This document shows positions 35,226 to 47,733 of a stretch of DNA of 64,000 nt, piece by piece. The notes beneath the pieces were generated by a model that was not told the DNA's origin, made no database searches, and saw only the letters and a list, made by a program, of their open reading frames with translations. The stretch's first letter is position 1. Each line of letters begins with the position of its first letter. The position numbers and the translations under genes are program-made. This DNA comes from Convolutriloba macropyga (Eukaryota): assembly GCF_964194025.1 (NCBI RefSeq), contig NC_134471.1, positions 60,512,001 through 60,576,000 on the forward strand. Reading direction: 5' to 3'.

Positions 35226-35967
35226 TTTGCGATCTTTTTTGATTTTTGACTTTGTTCAGCACTGAAATAATTTCATCACTCATTCTGTGTAGTTTCTCCA
35301 TCTCACCAATTCTGACCGAAAGAAAGCATTTCCTTCTGAAAATGTCCTTTTCACTCCCTCGTGTGAACAGCTTGATTGTGAAGTAACATCGATTCGGGTC
35401 ATCTTGGAAAAATATTCTAGTTACACACACCTTCCGTCGAGCAGTCTCACTCACCTCCCAGAACACATCAAATTTTGCTTTTTCCTCAACATCAGTTGGT
35501 TGGAACACAGTTTCGTCAATCACCAGCTTCGCAGTACCTACAGTAGGTTCGAACAGTAGTGCTTCTTTTATCATCTCAGGTATCTTTTCAATAACAAGCT
35601 TCAATTCTCTGGCCGATAGCATCAGAAATTGATGCAGAACATATTCACTTTCCACATTTTTGCGAAATACTTTCAAGTGAGTCCAGTTAGAGTTTGAGTT
35701 GACGGTTTCCTCTGGGATGCTGATTTGAAAATTCCGGTTCCCGTATTCTTGAAAGGACCAACAGTTGTTTCTTCCATCGTGCTCCTCATTTGGTTTTGAG
35801 TCGGTGTTGTCTTTTTTATCGTTGTTGTCTTTAAATAGAGAAAACATGCTCTCATTGTGGTATTCCAATTGTGGTGAGGGAACAACTGGTTTTCCTTTGT
35901 AATCTCGTTTACGGAGGGGAAAGGAGAATGGTTTTTTGGAGTTAGGAGAGACAGAGCTTTGATCCAT
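35218..35967 (-). CDS. Hypothetical protein, 249 aa, with two putative PC4-like ssDNA-binding repeats
   Basis: Two similar strand-strand-helix blocks: HLKVFRK..FLMLSARELKLVIEKIPEMI and TIKLFTR..FLSVRIGEMEKLHRMSDEII. A splice acceptor directly precedes the ATG. Confidence 0.7.
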   Translation of the reverse strand: MDQSSVSPNSKKPFSFPLRKRDYKGKPVVPSPQLEYHNESMFSLFKDNNDKKDNTDSKPNEEHDGRNNCWSFQEYGNRNFQISIPEETVNSNSNWTHLKVFRKNVESEYVLHQFLMLSARELKLVIEKIPEMIKEALLFEPTVGTAKLVIDETVFQPTDVEEKAKFDVFWEVSETARRKVCVTRIFFQDDPNRCYFTIKLFTRGSEKDIFRRKCFLSVRIGEMEKLHRMSDEIISVLNKVKNQKRSQSA

Positions 35968-36094
35968 CTGTGAAATGAGAATGTGAAGTATGTAAAGTTT
36001 TTAAAGCAGAAAATTTGGGTCTACAAGGGTAACTGAATATTGAAATCGCAAAGAAACAAATGAATAAATTGTCTTCAAGAAAGGGGTTGATATC

Positions 36095-36290
36095 TTGAAC
36101 CAATGAAATTTAAGTAAGAACGAGAACAGTAGCGAAAAATAAACTTCGTATCCAATGAGATGTTATAAAATAATTCGTAACCAATGAAAATAGAGCGTGC
36201 ATCATGACGTAATAGTTATGTCACTTCTATTTTTAGTAACATCACGTGATGCCAAAGATGAGTTTTCTATATTTAGTCACGTGAGGGTGA
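36095..36290. promoter_or_regulatory. Putative promoter between the 193-aa and 249-aa ORFs
   Basis: Three CCAATGA boxes (~36100, 36152, 36181), TGACGTAA and two TCACGTGA E-boxes within 200 bp. Confidence 0.5.
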
Positions 36291-36321
36291 ATTTAGCATC
36301 GAACAAAAGCGAGTTATCTCA

Positions 36322-36903
36322 CTATTCTATTGGAGAACACTTATAGTTCGAGAAAGGAATATTTTGATGAGATGATTGAGTCTCTTCATTGTCAGTTTCC
36401 TGGATCGGAGGAAGAATAAGGTCTTTGAAATCGGGCAGATTGAAGGCTTCTGGTTTTTTAGAAAATGAGTCAGCATGCTTGGAGAACATGTCTTCTACCC
36501 ACCAAACACCGTAGTGATTTATGTCACGAGAGTACGGGAACATAATTCCTTTGCTGTCTTTCAACGGGTGAAACCCTTGTTCTTTTCGAATTCTTTCAAT
36601 GATTTGAAAATAAGTTTGGAGAGAAAGCAATGAATTGTTGACTTTTTTTTCGGCTAGGTGGAGGTTATGATGTCTAGCTGCCTCTAAAGTTCTCCACAAA
36701 TCCTTCGGAAGTGTCAAGCTAGTTGTCTGAGTTTTAATTGTTACTCTAGTGCAATCCACCTCAAAAGATAATTCCAAATTGTTATCGGTTACTACCGTTT
36801 TAAATATTGATGCTTCCGTGATAGGAGCGTAATCTAAATCTGAATGAAAAGTAGAAAGAAAAGATGTTGAAGGAAGTAAAGGAAGAATTGGAGTATTTTG
36901 CAT
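36322..36903 (-). CDS. Hypothetical protein, 193 aa, possible PC4-like segment
   Basis: ATG ORF nearest the right TIR; RVTIKTQTTSLTLPKDLWRTL resembles the PC4 ISLxxxxWxxL motif. Confidence 0.65.
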   Translation of the reverse strand: MQNTPILPLLPSTSFLSTFHSDLDYAPITEASIFKTVVTDNNLELSFEVDCTRVTIKTQTTSLTLPKDLWRTLEAARHHNLHLAEKKVNNSLLSLQTYFQIIERIRKEQGFHPLKDSKGIMFPYSRDINHYGVWWVEDMFSKHADSFSKKPEAFNLPDFKDLILPPIQETDNEETQSSHQNIPFSNYKCSPIE

Positions 36904-37179
36904 TTTTTTAGGCTACTTATGTTCAACCAAGAAAAAAGACAAAATGAATCGTAAATGTTTTTCAGCATCAACATTCCAAAATCAGATCTGACATATTATG
37001 TGATTGGTTAAAAAATAAGAAATAGACATTTTCAAAACAATAATACAACTTTTTCTGAAATCGGAAAATTGGAACTTCAGTTTAAAACGACACAGTGAAA
37101 CACTATTTTAAACAAAAAATTGATTAAAATTGTAAAAAAAAAATCTGTAAAAACCAAAAATAAAAAATTGTACTTTTTT

Positions 37180-37861
37180 GTTAATATGGGAATGGGTGGG
37201 TAAATGACCTTATTAGTTTGTTGTTAAGACACTATCTTGCTAATCCCTTTAGTGTGAAGAGCTTGGGTATCATACTGTGAGGTACATTTTTGAAAATCAC
37301 GTAAGCTGTACATAAGTGTAAATGAGTCATCCTATCTATTTTAATATTAAAACATTACCTAGCTAATCCCCCTTTGTGTGAACAGCTTGGTGTCATGCTG
37401 TGAGGTACATTTTTGAAAAGTCGTACGTAACTGTAAATGAGTCATCCTAATTTATTATTAAAGGATTATCTTGCTAATCCCTTTCGTGTGAACAGCTTGA
37501 GTATCATGCTGTGAGGTACATCTTTGGAAATCACGTAAACCGTACGTAGTGTAAATGAGTCACCCTATCTAATTTAATATTAAAACATTACCTAACTAAT
37601 CCCCTTTGAGAGAACAGCTTGGGTGTCATACTGTGAGGTACGTCTTTGAAAATATACATTATTAAAGTGCAATTTGGGAATGAGTAAATGAACTAATTTA
37701 ATATTAAGGGATTAACTTGCTAATCCCCCTCGTGTGAACAGCTTGGGTATCATGCTGTGAGGTACTTCCTTGGAATTTGAGCGAAAATGGGCTATACCTA
37801 ATCTTAATACATAGGTACTTCCTTTTACCCCCCCCCCCACTCTTGCTTAACTATTACTACT
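37180..37861 (-). repeat. Right TIR region: 5 inverted copies of the same unit
   Basis: Reverse-complement core (GCTAATCCC...CTGTGAGGTAC) occurs five times between ~37235 and ~37770. Confidence 0.95.
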
Positions 37862-38407
37862 AGCCTTACTGGACTTAAGCCAGCTGAAAAATTGAGCAGA
37901 AAGTTGAAAGTAGTTTTCAAAAGCAGTCAGTCTTAGAGAAACTGTTCATATTATTTAAAAATTTGCTGAAAACAGTGCAGCAATGTGAGCAATTGTTGTT
38001 GATTGATTATAAAATGAAAATTTGTCCATTCCATAATGCTAAAATGGAAAAATTGGAGCAATTTGAAAATTGCCAAAATGAGTTAGCTTTGAAGTTTTTT
38101 TAGTTTTTGGTTATTTAAGTTTCCAACTAACAAAGTATTTTACTAGTCCCAAAAAACATTAGCAAAATTATGCACGCCGCTTAAAACGAAAACTAAGAAT
38201 ATTGGCGAAACCCAATAAATGGCGTCAAACAGTGTGCACGAAATTTTTGCATCAAAACTTCACCTCGGCAACTTATATAGTAGCCTGGTCCATTTTGGTT
38301 AAAAGTGGGCCTTACATAAAATTCTCGCATTTTGTCTCTTAATTGAGATTTGAAATAGATCTCATTTTAACATCGATTTTTTTGTTTCGGGAAGTAATTT
38401 GGACGCG

Positions 38408-38493
38408 ATGTCGACAGAGGCTGTTTGTGTGATGGACTTCCAGTGCCTTGGAGATTGGCTATTGTACATGTTCCCGTCTTCCTATCAGAGAAA
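38408..38493 (+). CDS. MBOAT acyltransferase, putative coding exon 1
   Basis: ATG-initiated MSTEAVCVMDFQCLGDWLLYMFPSSYQR followed by a GTAAG donor; phase 2 fits the next exon. Confidence 0.55.
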
Positions 38494-38832
38494 GTAAGCT
38501 TCTATCAACGGCCCCAACTCCACTTTTTGTTTCTGGTCGTCAGTATTTTGTTTTTAATAATTACAGTATGGATAAATTCATCGTTACATTAAGGAGAGTA
38601 GTCTTTAAAAACAAATTGGCAGTGCTTTTTTGGCTTTTGTCCCGTTTTGGCTTTTGTAATGCAATAATCAAAAATGGGTAGTGGTTTGCGGATTTTCTCC
38701 AAGAATGCAAGTTGGAATGCAGCACAAATCAGAAAGTTAAAAATTATTTTAATTTAAAAATCTTATTGGGCTTTGATTACCTATTCTTTTTCTCGGCCGT
38801 TAAGATTACACGGCGAAAACAACTCTGTCTAG

Positions 38833-39120
38833 CAGCTACAACCAATACATCTGTTTTCTGCTGTTAAGGTTCTTCGCGGGTGCCTTCTTCACAATGTTCA
38901 CCTCTTTCCTCTACTACCTTCTAGTGCGTTACTGCAAACTGCCAATTTTGATGCGTCAAATGTACCTCATTCTCACAGGCATCTGTGTACTGTATGGATT
39001 ACTGCACTTATACGCAGTGCACTATTTTATCATGTGTACTCTTGTCTATGTCCAGATTCAAACCATATCGCCAAATCGGTTGCCATTTGTATACATTGTC
39101 ACGACATACGGGTACCTCAG
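38833..39120 (+). CDS. MBOAT acyltransferase, exon 2 (transmembrane region)
   Basis: Open hydrophobic frame, NAGNAG acceptor, CAG|GTAATT donor, phase 2/2. Confidence 0.7.
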
Positions 39121-39447
39121 GTAATTCAAGGCTTATTTCATTCCTTATTTTGCAAATAAATTGTTGCTATGCACAGGATTTGGTTTGGATTGGTTAGTTT
39201 CCTTGTCGAGATGACCGGCTAGAGATCCTGAATTATTGTTTGTCATCTGAATCACCTTCATTTAGCGTGTTAAATTAAGCGCTGACTTGGGAGGACCGTA
39301 CGGAAAAATCCTGAACATATGCTGTTGAGAGATCAGACGGGTGTTGTTTGAGTCGCGTGAAAATTGTCATATTTTAGTCGTTTTGGTTAAAGTCAAATAA
39401 AAGTATAGTTATACTCTATGTATCTAATGATTGGATCTCTATTTTAG

Positions 39448-39570
39448 CTATCGTCTGTTGCAATTCATGTTGGTGGACTTGGCCCAGACTCAGTTCCATG
39501 ACTCTGGCCTCCTAATGATATTCATGGCGAGGTGTACGTACATCGCGTTCGGTATCTACGATCACACAAG
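39448..39570 (+). CDS. MBOAT acyltransferase, exon 3
   Basis: YRLLQFMLVDLAQTQFHDSGLLMIFMARCTYIAFGIYDHT fits the LPLAT D-x-G-x-x-M...K/R...A...D motif. TTTTAG / GTAGG boundaries. Confidence 0.75.
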
Positions 39571-41038
39571 GTAGGTTATACACGTTCAGAGTAAAAATAC
39601 TGTTGCTATTACAATACAGCGTCGATCAACGTTATTTTGATACGTTTATTATAGCTGTAAGCTAAGCGTAGCTATATTGCGCTGCTCTTGGTTTTTACGA
39701 CTCGACAAGGAGTATAGGTGGAGCGTTTTTTATCATAATTTTTTGGAGTGTATTTGGAACAGGATGTAAAAGTCAATGCCTCACGTGAAAACTAAGTGTT
39801 TTGGTCAAACGGCTGAACGAATTGACAATCAGAGAGAAGAGAGTTGTTTTCTGTTCATGCCTCGTTTTTGAGAGAGATTAAGAAAAGTAGGTGTGCAAAA
39901 ATTTTCGCTATGCGAGCGAAATTTTTATGATCATGTGCGGCTTTTTCGAAGCAGTTTTTTCAGTTATTTTTTGGCAAAGCGGTATTTAACCCTGTTCACA
40001 AATGTATGTACGTTTGGGAGTTTTGCTGACCATCTCAACCATATTTGTATGCAATCTTGCGCCATTTTTGCGATTTCGCCGTCTTAGACGCTTTTAAGTG
40101 CTTTTTGGTTTTCCTTTTTTTTATATTTTTAGTCTTTGGGGTAATTTTTTGGTTGAAATAGACTTTTATGTCGGTTTTTGTGACTTTTCAATTTTGTTAA
40201 TATTAATCTCAGTTTTTTTTATAGAAAATAAGTTAAATTTAAACAATTTCTGTCCCCATTTTTCTGTTTCTGATGATTTTTTGCCCAGTTCTTCTGTTTT
40301 TTTCTGCTTTGTGGAATATTTTTTATATTCAATTGTGCCATGAGAGGTTTCTGTTGGGTTTTTGATAATAAGTGAAAACAATTAAAGGTTTGTTAGCACA
40401 TACTTCCATTACATTCATTCATCATACTTTCAAAATACATTAATCTAATCGGCAGTTTTTTGTTTTACTTTCCAGTGCATTTGGGTGTTGTCTGGACGCT
40501 CAATGAATCAACAATAACTCTTTAGTAAGGTGTGTTGAGAACAGCTTTGGAGACTTTTGTTAGAAATTTTTAGTAAATGTTAGAAACTCTTATTGAAAAA
40601 TGTTACAGGTTTTCTCAGCGTTTGTCCGTTAATTCTTCTTTTTGGTCGGTTTTTCTCCTTTTTCGAGATGTAGCGAGGATTATGTTTTCCCATCATAAGT
40701 TAAGAATTTTCATATAAAATGCTTTTAAGGAGAGTTTCAGGAAAAATTTGTTTCCTCCGTTAGTTGTTTCTTTTTGAATTGTATAATGAGGTTAATAGTT
40801 TTAGCAGTATGTGATTGGCTAGATTGTAAGTTGAATATTTTTTGTGTCAATTCCGGAGTCTTCTGGATATGTTTTGTGCTTCTTCGTCTGAGGCTTTTTA
40901 AATTTTATCTAGTTAAATTTGTTTCTCGCTTCGCTGACTTTTTCACGCTTGATTTCTTGCTTTTTGCGTGATTTCAATTGCTCTTTTTCAGAAAGGTCTG
41001 TTGCTAAAATAAAATTGATTGCAAGATAATGGTGATAA

Positions 41039-41110
41039 GGGTCTTATAGCCCAGTGGTTAATGCTTCCGCGTCTTACGCCGGGGGTTGGGATTCGAATCT
41101 CTTTGTTTGC
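41039..41110 (+). repeat. tRNA-derived cassette
   Basis: A box TAGCCCAGTGGTTA, B box GATTCGAATCTC. Confidence 0.5.
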
Positions 41111-43055
41111 TAAACATTTTTCACCCGTGCATCTTTTCTTACACTCAGTCTGAATTAAAAATTTTAGGTGGCCGTGATAAATTTCCGAACTCTTTTCTGT
41201 GTCGGTTTCTATCTGTATTTTACGTTACGAAGTCTGTTTCACAGCTATTCCTGCAGTCGGCCGGCTCTGTTGTTTAATCGAGTATATGAGTTTTTTGTTC
41301 CGCAAAATAATAGAATCTTTAGGCGGACCTGTTTGTTTTTTTAAAAAAAAAACAAAATAATTGATGTTTTTCTAGCTTGCAACGTATATTGATCACCTCA
41401 ATTGCCAATCCGGACTACAGGGTGGACATGCCTCATGAAGGCCAGAATAATTATTTAATTGCTCGCGAACGAAGTGTTAAGCAATTATGGTAAACCTGTG
41501 TTTTTTGACGGTCTCAAATGCTTTCTTTCCGCAATGAAGTTAATTGCTAAAATGGCAAAGCGATAGCCGAGGCTGTTATTGGCCTTCTGTTGTTTTTATT
41601 TTATCGTCAAGATTTTTGTTACAACCATATGACATCACAATAACTTCAAATCTGCTGTTGTTCATGCAATTTCAATTGAATTGTGCGCGTGACGTCATTT
41701 TTCACTTTTAGTAGCAGAGTTTTTTGTTCACTCGCTTGATTAATTTTTTGGCCACCTCACTCTTGAATTGACTTGTCTTTTTCTCAATTCAAACAGATAA
41801 TGACAAGTGAGTGCGTATCACTAATTGAAGGGTATTTGAGGGCACAGATACTGATTTAAAATAACTTCTCAGCATTCAATAAAAAGAATTTTGCTTTTTG
41901 GTCTGTTTCTTTATAATAGCCTCAAAGCGATTGCTGGGGCTATTATTGGCCTACTCTTGGTTTTAACTACTCGACGAGTATTAGTTTTAAGATTTTTTAC
42001 CGGAAGTACTAATTGTTCAGACGGCGTTTTGACCTAAAAGCGAAAGAGTAAAATTGCCGTGTGAACTAGTTTTTCTGAGCCAGACATATTTTTTGATCAT
42101 GCGCTTCGATCTCTGAATGACTTTTAGACTTTTAAGAATGTGTTTTGACAGAGTGCCGCATATAGATAGCCATTTATAGCCGTTTTTGTCCCTTTGACCC
42201 AGTTTTCTTGCCTACAATTTAATTTTTATAGAAATAATTTTTAATAGAAGCTGTATTAATGTTTGAACCTCTGAAAATGATAGCTCAGTTTTCTGAGAGT
42301 AAAATAATGCGTTTTAAAGTCTAAATGAGCACATATTTCCTAATTTTTTAAATTCATTTTTGACTTTCTTTAAATTAATTTCCTTTGATCTTAGAGCGGA
42401 TTTGTTTCCAAAAGTCAGTGCATTTGGCAATTTACTTGTGATATTTTATACATTTAATGCCTCTATGACGTGAGTTTTTTGTTTTATAGAATTGTACACA
42501 TGCTTGCCCGGTTTTGGCAGTTTTTTGTCGAGTTTTTCTCAGTTTTCTGTTTTTTTATTGAATTACTAGAAAGTTTGTTTATGCATCGTCAGCGATTTTT
42601 GTTTTCTTTTACTAATAACTGAATTGTTGTGCGGGGTTCAGTTTTTAATAGCTGCACAGTGATAGTTGGGGCTATTATTGGCCTTTTCTTGGTTTCTTTA
42701 TTTCCTCAAGATTTTAACGACCGTATGACATCACAATCACTTCCAATCTGCTTTTTGCTCATTCATTCATGCAATTTCAACTGAATTGCGTGCGTGACGT
42801 CATTTTCACGCTTATTGAAGCGAGTTTTTTGTTCTTTGGAGTGATTAAGTTGTTGGTCACGCGTGACCTACCTCGCACCGGCTATCATTTTGGCGCTTTC
42901 CTTCTTAAATTTTGCTGGCCTTTTTTTGATCGTTTTTTGTTTTGCATTAGTCACGATTTCCAAGCGTGACGGCTGATTTACCTCATTCAATGTTTCAATT
43001 GAATGGATTTACAATTCATGCGTTGAATTACGCAATGTAGTAAGTACAATCAAAG

Positions 43056-43255
43056 NNNNNNNNNNNNNNNNNNNNNNNNNNNNNNNNNNNNNNNNNNNNN
43101 NNNNNNNNNNNNNNNNNNNNNNNNNNNNNNNNNNNNNNNNNNNNNNNNNNNNNNNNNNNNNNNNNNNNNNNNNNNNNNNNNNNNNNNNNNNNNNNNNNNN
43201 NNNNNNNNNNNNNNNNNNNNNNNNNNNNNNNNNNNNNNNNNNNNNNNNNNNNNNN
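43056..43255. other. Assembly gap (200 N)
   Basis: Run of N. Confidence 1.
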
Positions 43256-44986
43256 CTAGTGTTTTTTTCGATATTCTGATTTTGTCCAATTTATGGTAGA
43301 GATTCTTTTGCACGACGATTCGAGTCGTTTCCGGTATTCTACCGGCTATGTTTTTTTTACCGGAAGTACTATTCGTTCAGACGATGTTTTGACCTAAAAG
43401 CGAAAGCGAGTAAAATTGCAGTGTGAACTAATTTTTTCTGAGCGAGAGAAGTTTTTTGATCATGCGCTGCGTTTAGTGAATGTCTTTTTGACATTGAAAA
43501 GTAGTTTTTGACTGAATGGCACATATAGATAACCGTTTTTTAGCCGTTTTTTTCGTCTAAGTGGCCTAGTTTTTTTTTGCTTGTAATTTGGTTTTTTGTA
43601 GAAATAATTTTTAATCGATGCTATGTTGAAATGTAAACCCCGGAAATTGTTAGCACAGTATTTTGCATAGCCTGAAATTGCGTTTCAAATGCGAAATTGG
43701 CACATATTTCTTGATTTTTTAGTTAATTTTTGGCTTTTTTTTCTATTAAATTCTTCGTTTTTGGATCTTTTAGCTGTTTTTTGTCAAAAATCAGTTAATA
43801 TGGCAACTTCCCTTTGATAATTCATATACTCAATGCCTCTTTCTACCTCGATGTAATTTTGTTTCATAAAATTGTACATTTGCTAATCCGATTTTCGTAG
43901 TTTTTTGCATTTTTTTTTCAGTTTTTTGTTTGTATTTTGCTTTTAGTTACTAGAAATAGTATTTTGGGGAACATGAGGGACTTTAATTTCGTTTCAATAA
44001 AAATTCAATCATTTTTTGGTGTTAAGTTTTTGAAAAAACAGAAATTTTTTTCATAAATGCAGTCTTAAATATTTTTTGAACACTTTTTTGCAAAATTTTT
44101 CATTGTTTCGTATGTCTGGATTCTGCTTTTTCTTGTTTTATTCTGTTATGCAAGTTGGATTTTGTCTCGAATGACTCGTTGTCTTTTCTATGTCTCGAAT
44201 GCTGATCAATGAAATGTACTCTTTTTTCTTGATTTTTTTAAATTTGATTTTTAACTTTCAAAAATCAAGAATTGGTCTTTTTTGTTACGGTGTTCCTAAC
44301 ATTGTGTCCATATTCTTCACATTCTCGTTTGTATCATTCTAGTTTTGTCCTGGCACCTACTTTTGTTTTCGTTATATTGATTTTTTCAGTTGTTAAAAAA
44401 TTGAATGAATTCAGCTTTTTCTTAGATCTTGGTTTCTTCGGTTTGCAATTGATTTAATTCAATATAAGGCAGTACTGGGAGTTTGCTAGAATGTCTTTGC
44501 CAACATTTCGACTTATTACTTTTCATTGAAATTTTATTCCGGGCTTGCTATTGTTTTTAGACGATTGTTTGCCTTTGAATATTATTCTGTTGCTTTTGTT
44601 TTTCTATGATTATTTTAATTTTTGAATTAATATGAAATCATGTTGTCTAGCATATATACAACAAAGAAGAATCATGTATTATTTTTGTCTGAATTGTCGT
44701 GTTGAGAAATCGAATTGTAGTGGTTCTCTGATTCTTAAGTTTGAGCTCTCTTTTTTGAATAATTTTGACTTTCCTGTCTTTTTTGAAAAGTTTTTATCTG
44801 CCGTTTGCTTTCGCGATCTTTTTGAGATTAGAATCATTAATTATCTGAGGGCAATTAATGGCCCTGTCAGCTTTGTCAGGCTATCAGTTTTTTGACCATC
44901 CTGAAAATTTTGTTATAGGAGCAAAAAGCCAGTAGTTTTGGCAGAGAATTTTTCTCGTACGGCAATTTAAACTTTTCTACTGATTC

Positions 44987-47671
44987 ATAGCCGCCCTCAT
45001 CTTCTCAGCCGGCTATTATAGCGCTCCTATTTTTTTACAATTCAAAGAATTTGAATTGTATTGGGGCGCTGTCTTTTCGACTCGAAGAGGAGTATTGGTT
45101 TTCTCTCGGTCTTTTTTTTTACAGGAAGTAGATTTGTTCACGCGGCATTTTGACCTAAAAGCAAAAGTGAGAAAAGCTGTCTTGGTGAACAGATTTTCGC
45201 TAAGCGAGAGAAGTTTTTTGATCATGCGCTTCGTTTAGTGAATGACTTTTTGACTTTGAAAAGTAGTTTTTGACTGTATGGCACATATTAATAACCGTTT
45301 TTAGCCGTTTTTTGGACTAAGTGGCCCAATTTTTTTGCTTTTAATTTGGTTACTTATAGAAATAAAGTTTATTCGATACTATATTGAAATGTCAACCTCT
45401 GAAATTGATTCCACAGTGTTTTGCAGAGCCTGAAAATATGTTTCAAGTTGAAAATTAGCACATATTTCTTGATTTTTTAGTTAATTCTTGGCTTTTTTTC
45501 TATTAATTTCTTCATTCTTAGATCTTTTAACCGTCTTTTTGTCAAAAATCAGTTCATTTGGCAACTTCCCTTTGATAATTCATATACTTAACGCCTCTCT
45601 CTACCTCGGTGTATTTTTGTTTTGTAAAATTGTACATATGCTAATCCGATTTTGGTAGTTTTTTTCCCGATTTTTGTCAGTTTTTTGTTTGTATTTTGAT
45701 TGTAATTACTAGAAATAGTCTTTTTGTGCAATATGAGGGACCTTAATTGCGTTTTAATAAAAATTCAATCATTTTTTGGAGTTCAGTTTTTGAAAAACAG
45801 TTGAAGCTTTTTCGTAAATGCAGTCTTAAAAGTTTTTATAATTTTTTTTTGCAAAATATTTCAATGTTTTATATTTTTGAGTTCTGCTTTTTCCTATTTT
45901 TTTTGTTCTCTTCAGGAGGATAGATTTTTGTATCGGATGACTAATTATCTTTTCTAGGTCTCGAATGTTGAGAAGTGAACTGTATTTGTTTTTCTTAATT
46001 TTTTAATTTGATTTTTAACTTTTTAAATAACAAGAATGCCTTTTTGTTACGGTGTTCCTTACATTGTGCCCATATTCTTAAAATTCTAGTTAGTATCATT
46101 CTAGCTTTGTCCTGGCACCTTTTTTTTGGTTTTTGGTATATTGATTTTTTCAGCTTCCATTTTTCATGAAAGCAGTATTAAAAGTTTTTGACCTTTTTCT
46201 GTTAAGTAATTAATGTTTCGTATGTTTGATATCTGGTTTTTCTTATTTTTTTGTTCACTTCAGGAGGATAGATCTTTATATTGGACAACTAGTTCTCTTT
46301 TTTATGTCTCTAATGCTGAACAATGAAATGTATTCGTTTTTCTTGAATTTTGTTTTTTTTTTTATTTTTGGTTTTCAAAAATCAAGAATGTGTTTTTATT
46401 ACGGTGTTCCTCATATTGTGTCCATGTTCTTATCATTCTAGTTAGTATCATTTTAGTTTTGTCCTGGCAGCTTTTTATGGCACATTTATTTTTGGTTGTT
46501 TCAGTTGTTAAAAATTTGAATGATTTCAGCATTTTCTCACATTTTCGACATTTCTTTGTTTGCAATTGATTTCATTCAACACAAGGCAGTACCGAGAGTT
46601 TGCTAGCCAGCTTTTTCCAAAAGCTCTACTTAATACTATCTAATGCAACTTCCTTCCGGCCTTGGTGTTAATTTAAACGATTTTTTGCCTTTGAACATTT
46701 TTCTGCTGCTTGTCTTTTCTATGATTATTTTAATTTTTGAATTAGTTTTTTGGTTTAATTGTTTTAATTGCAGTGATTTTGTTTTAATTGCAGTGATTAG
46801 AACTGTAATTATAGTGGTTTTCTGATTCTTAAATTTGAGTATTCATTTTTTTTAAAAAAAAAGATTTAACTTAGTTTCTAAGATTGTTATCTGCCGTTTG
46901 CTTTTCTGATCTTTTTGAGATCAGAATCATGAATTATTTGAGGTCAAATGATAGTCCTTTCAGCTGTTTTGGGCCATCAGTATTTTGACCTGCTTATCTA
47001 TTTCGGATTTTTTAACGTTATCAAACTTTTTCTACAATATAAAATTTTGCTGCATTTTTTTCTTGGTGACAGTGGTTTAAGTTTCACCAATTTTTAGATC
47101 AGACCAGGGGAGGTAATGAGTTAATGGTTGAATTCAAATGGTAATTGCTTCAGCTGCAATTAGGGTTTTGTTTGTGAGGTTTTGCGGCTTCGAGTCGCTT
47201 CTGGAATTCTTCCGGCTATGTTTTTTTATTTCGTCGTCATGATTTTTGTTACGACCATATGACGTCACAGCCACTTTTTGTTCATTCGTTCATGCAATTT
47301 CAACTGAATTGCATGTGTGACATCATTTTTCGCTCTTAGTGGAGCGAGTTTTTTTGTTCATATGCGTGATTAAATTTTTGGTCGCACTTGACTTACCTCA
47401 CTCTCAAAAATGACTTCCTCACTTTAAAATTGACTTTTATTTACTTTAATTCAAAGAGATATAGTCAAATGGGTGTGTGTCACTCTAAATGAAGGTTATT
47501 TGGGATCAGCTAATAGAGGCAGCAATAACTTATACAGATTTTTAATCAAAATATAACAGGTCAGCCTTCAATGAAAATACGAATTTTTTGGTCTTTCTTT
47601 TTTAGTCTTTTTTAAACTGCCGATCTACGAATCTATTGCGGATCTTTTCTGGCAATCTGCCAGCTATGTTC
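44987..47671 (+). mobile_element. Nested Helentron-like composite
   Basis: 5' ends at ~44987, 45037 and 45078; B 3' end at ~47188-47222; A-type 3' hairpin at ~47650. The first ~550 bp are near-identical to 51977-52550. Confidence 0.6.
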
Positions 47672-47733
47672 TTAATATTTTTACACAATTAGTTGCACAA
47701 AAAAACTATAGAAAATTTTGCATTTTCATTTTT

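Larger units (their letters stand above)
22235..37861. mobile_element. Complete Polinton/Maverick (adintovirus-like endogenous virus), 15,627 bp
   Basis: Begins AGTAGTAATAGTTAAGCAAGAGTGGGG and ends CCCCACTCTTGCTTAACTATTACTACT. 6-bp TSD AGCCTT at 22229-22234 and 37862-37867. Encodes pPolB, rve integrase, ATPase, protease, and major and minor capsid proteins. Confidence 0.97.

Noticed and set aside
41376-41489. Possible phase-2 exon LQRILITSIANPDYRVDMPHEGQNNYLIARERSVKQL
   Set aside because: Open frame with AG/GT boundaries but no recognisable MBOAT similarity; cannot be supported without RNA data.
43050-43313. ORF spanning the N run
   Set aside because: Artefact of the assembly gap.
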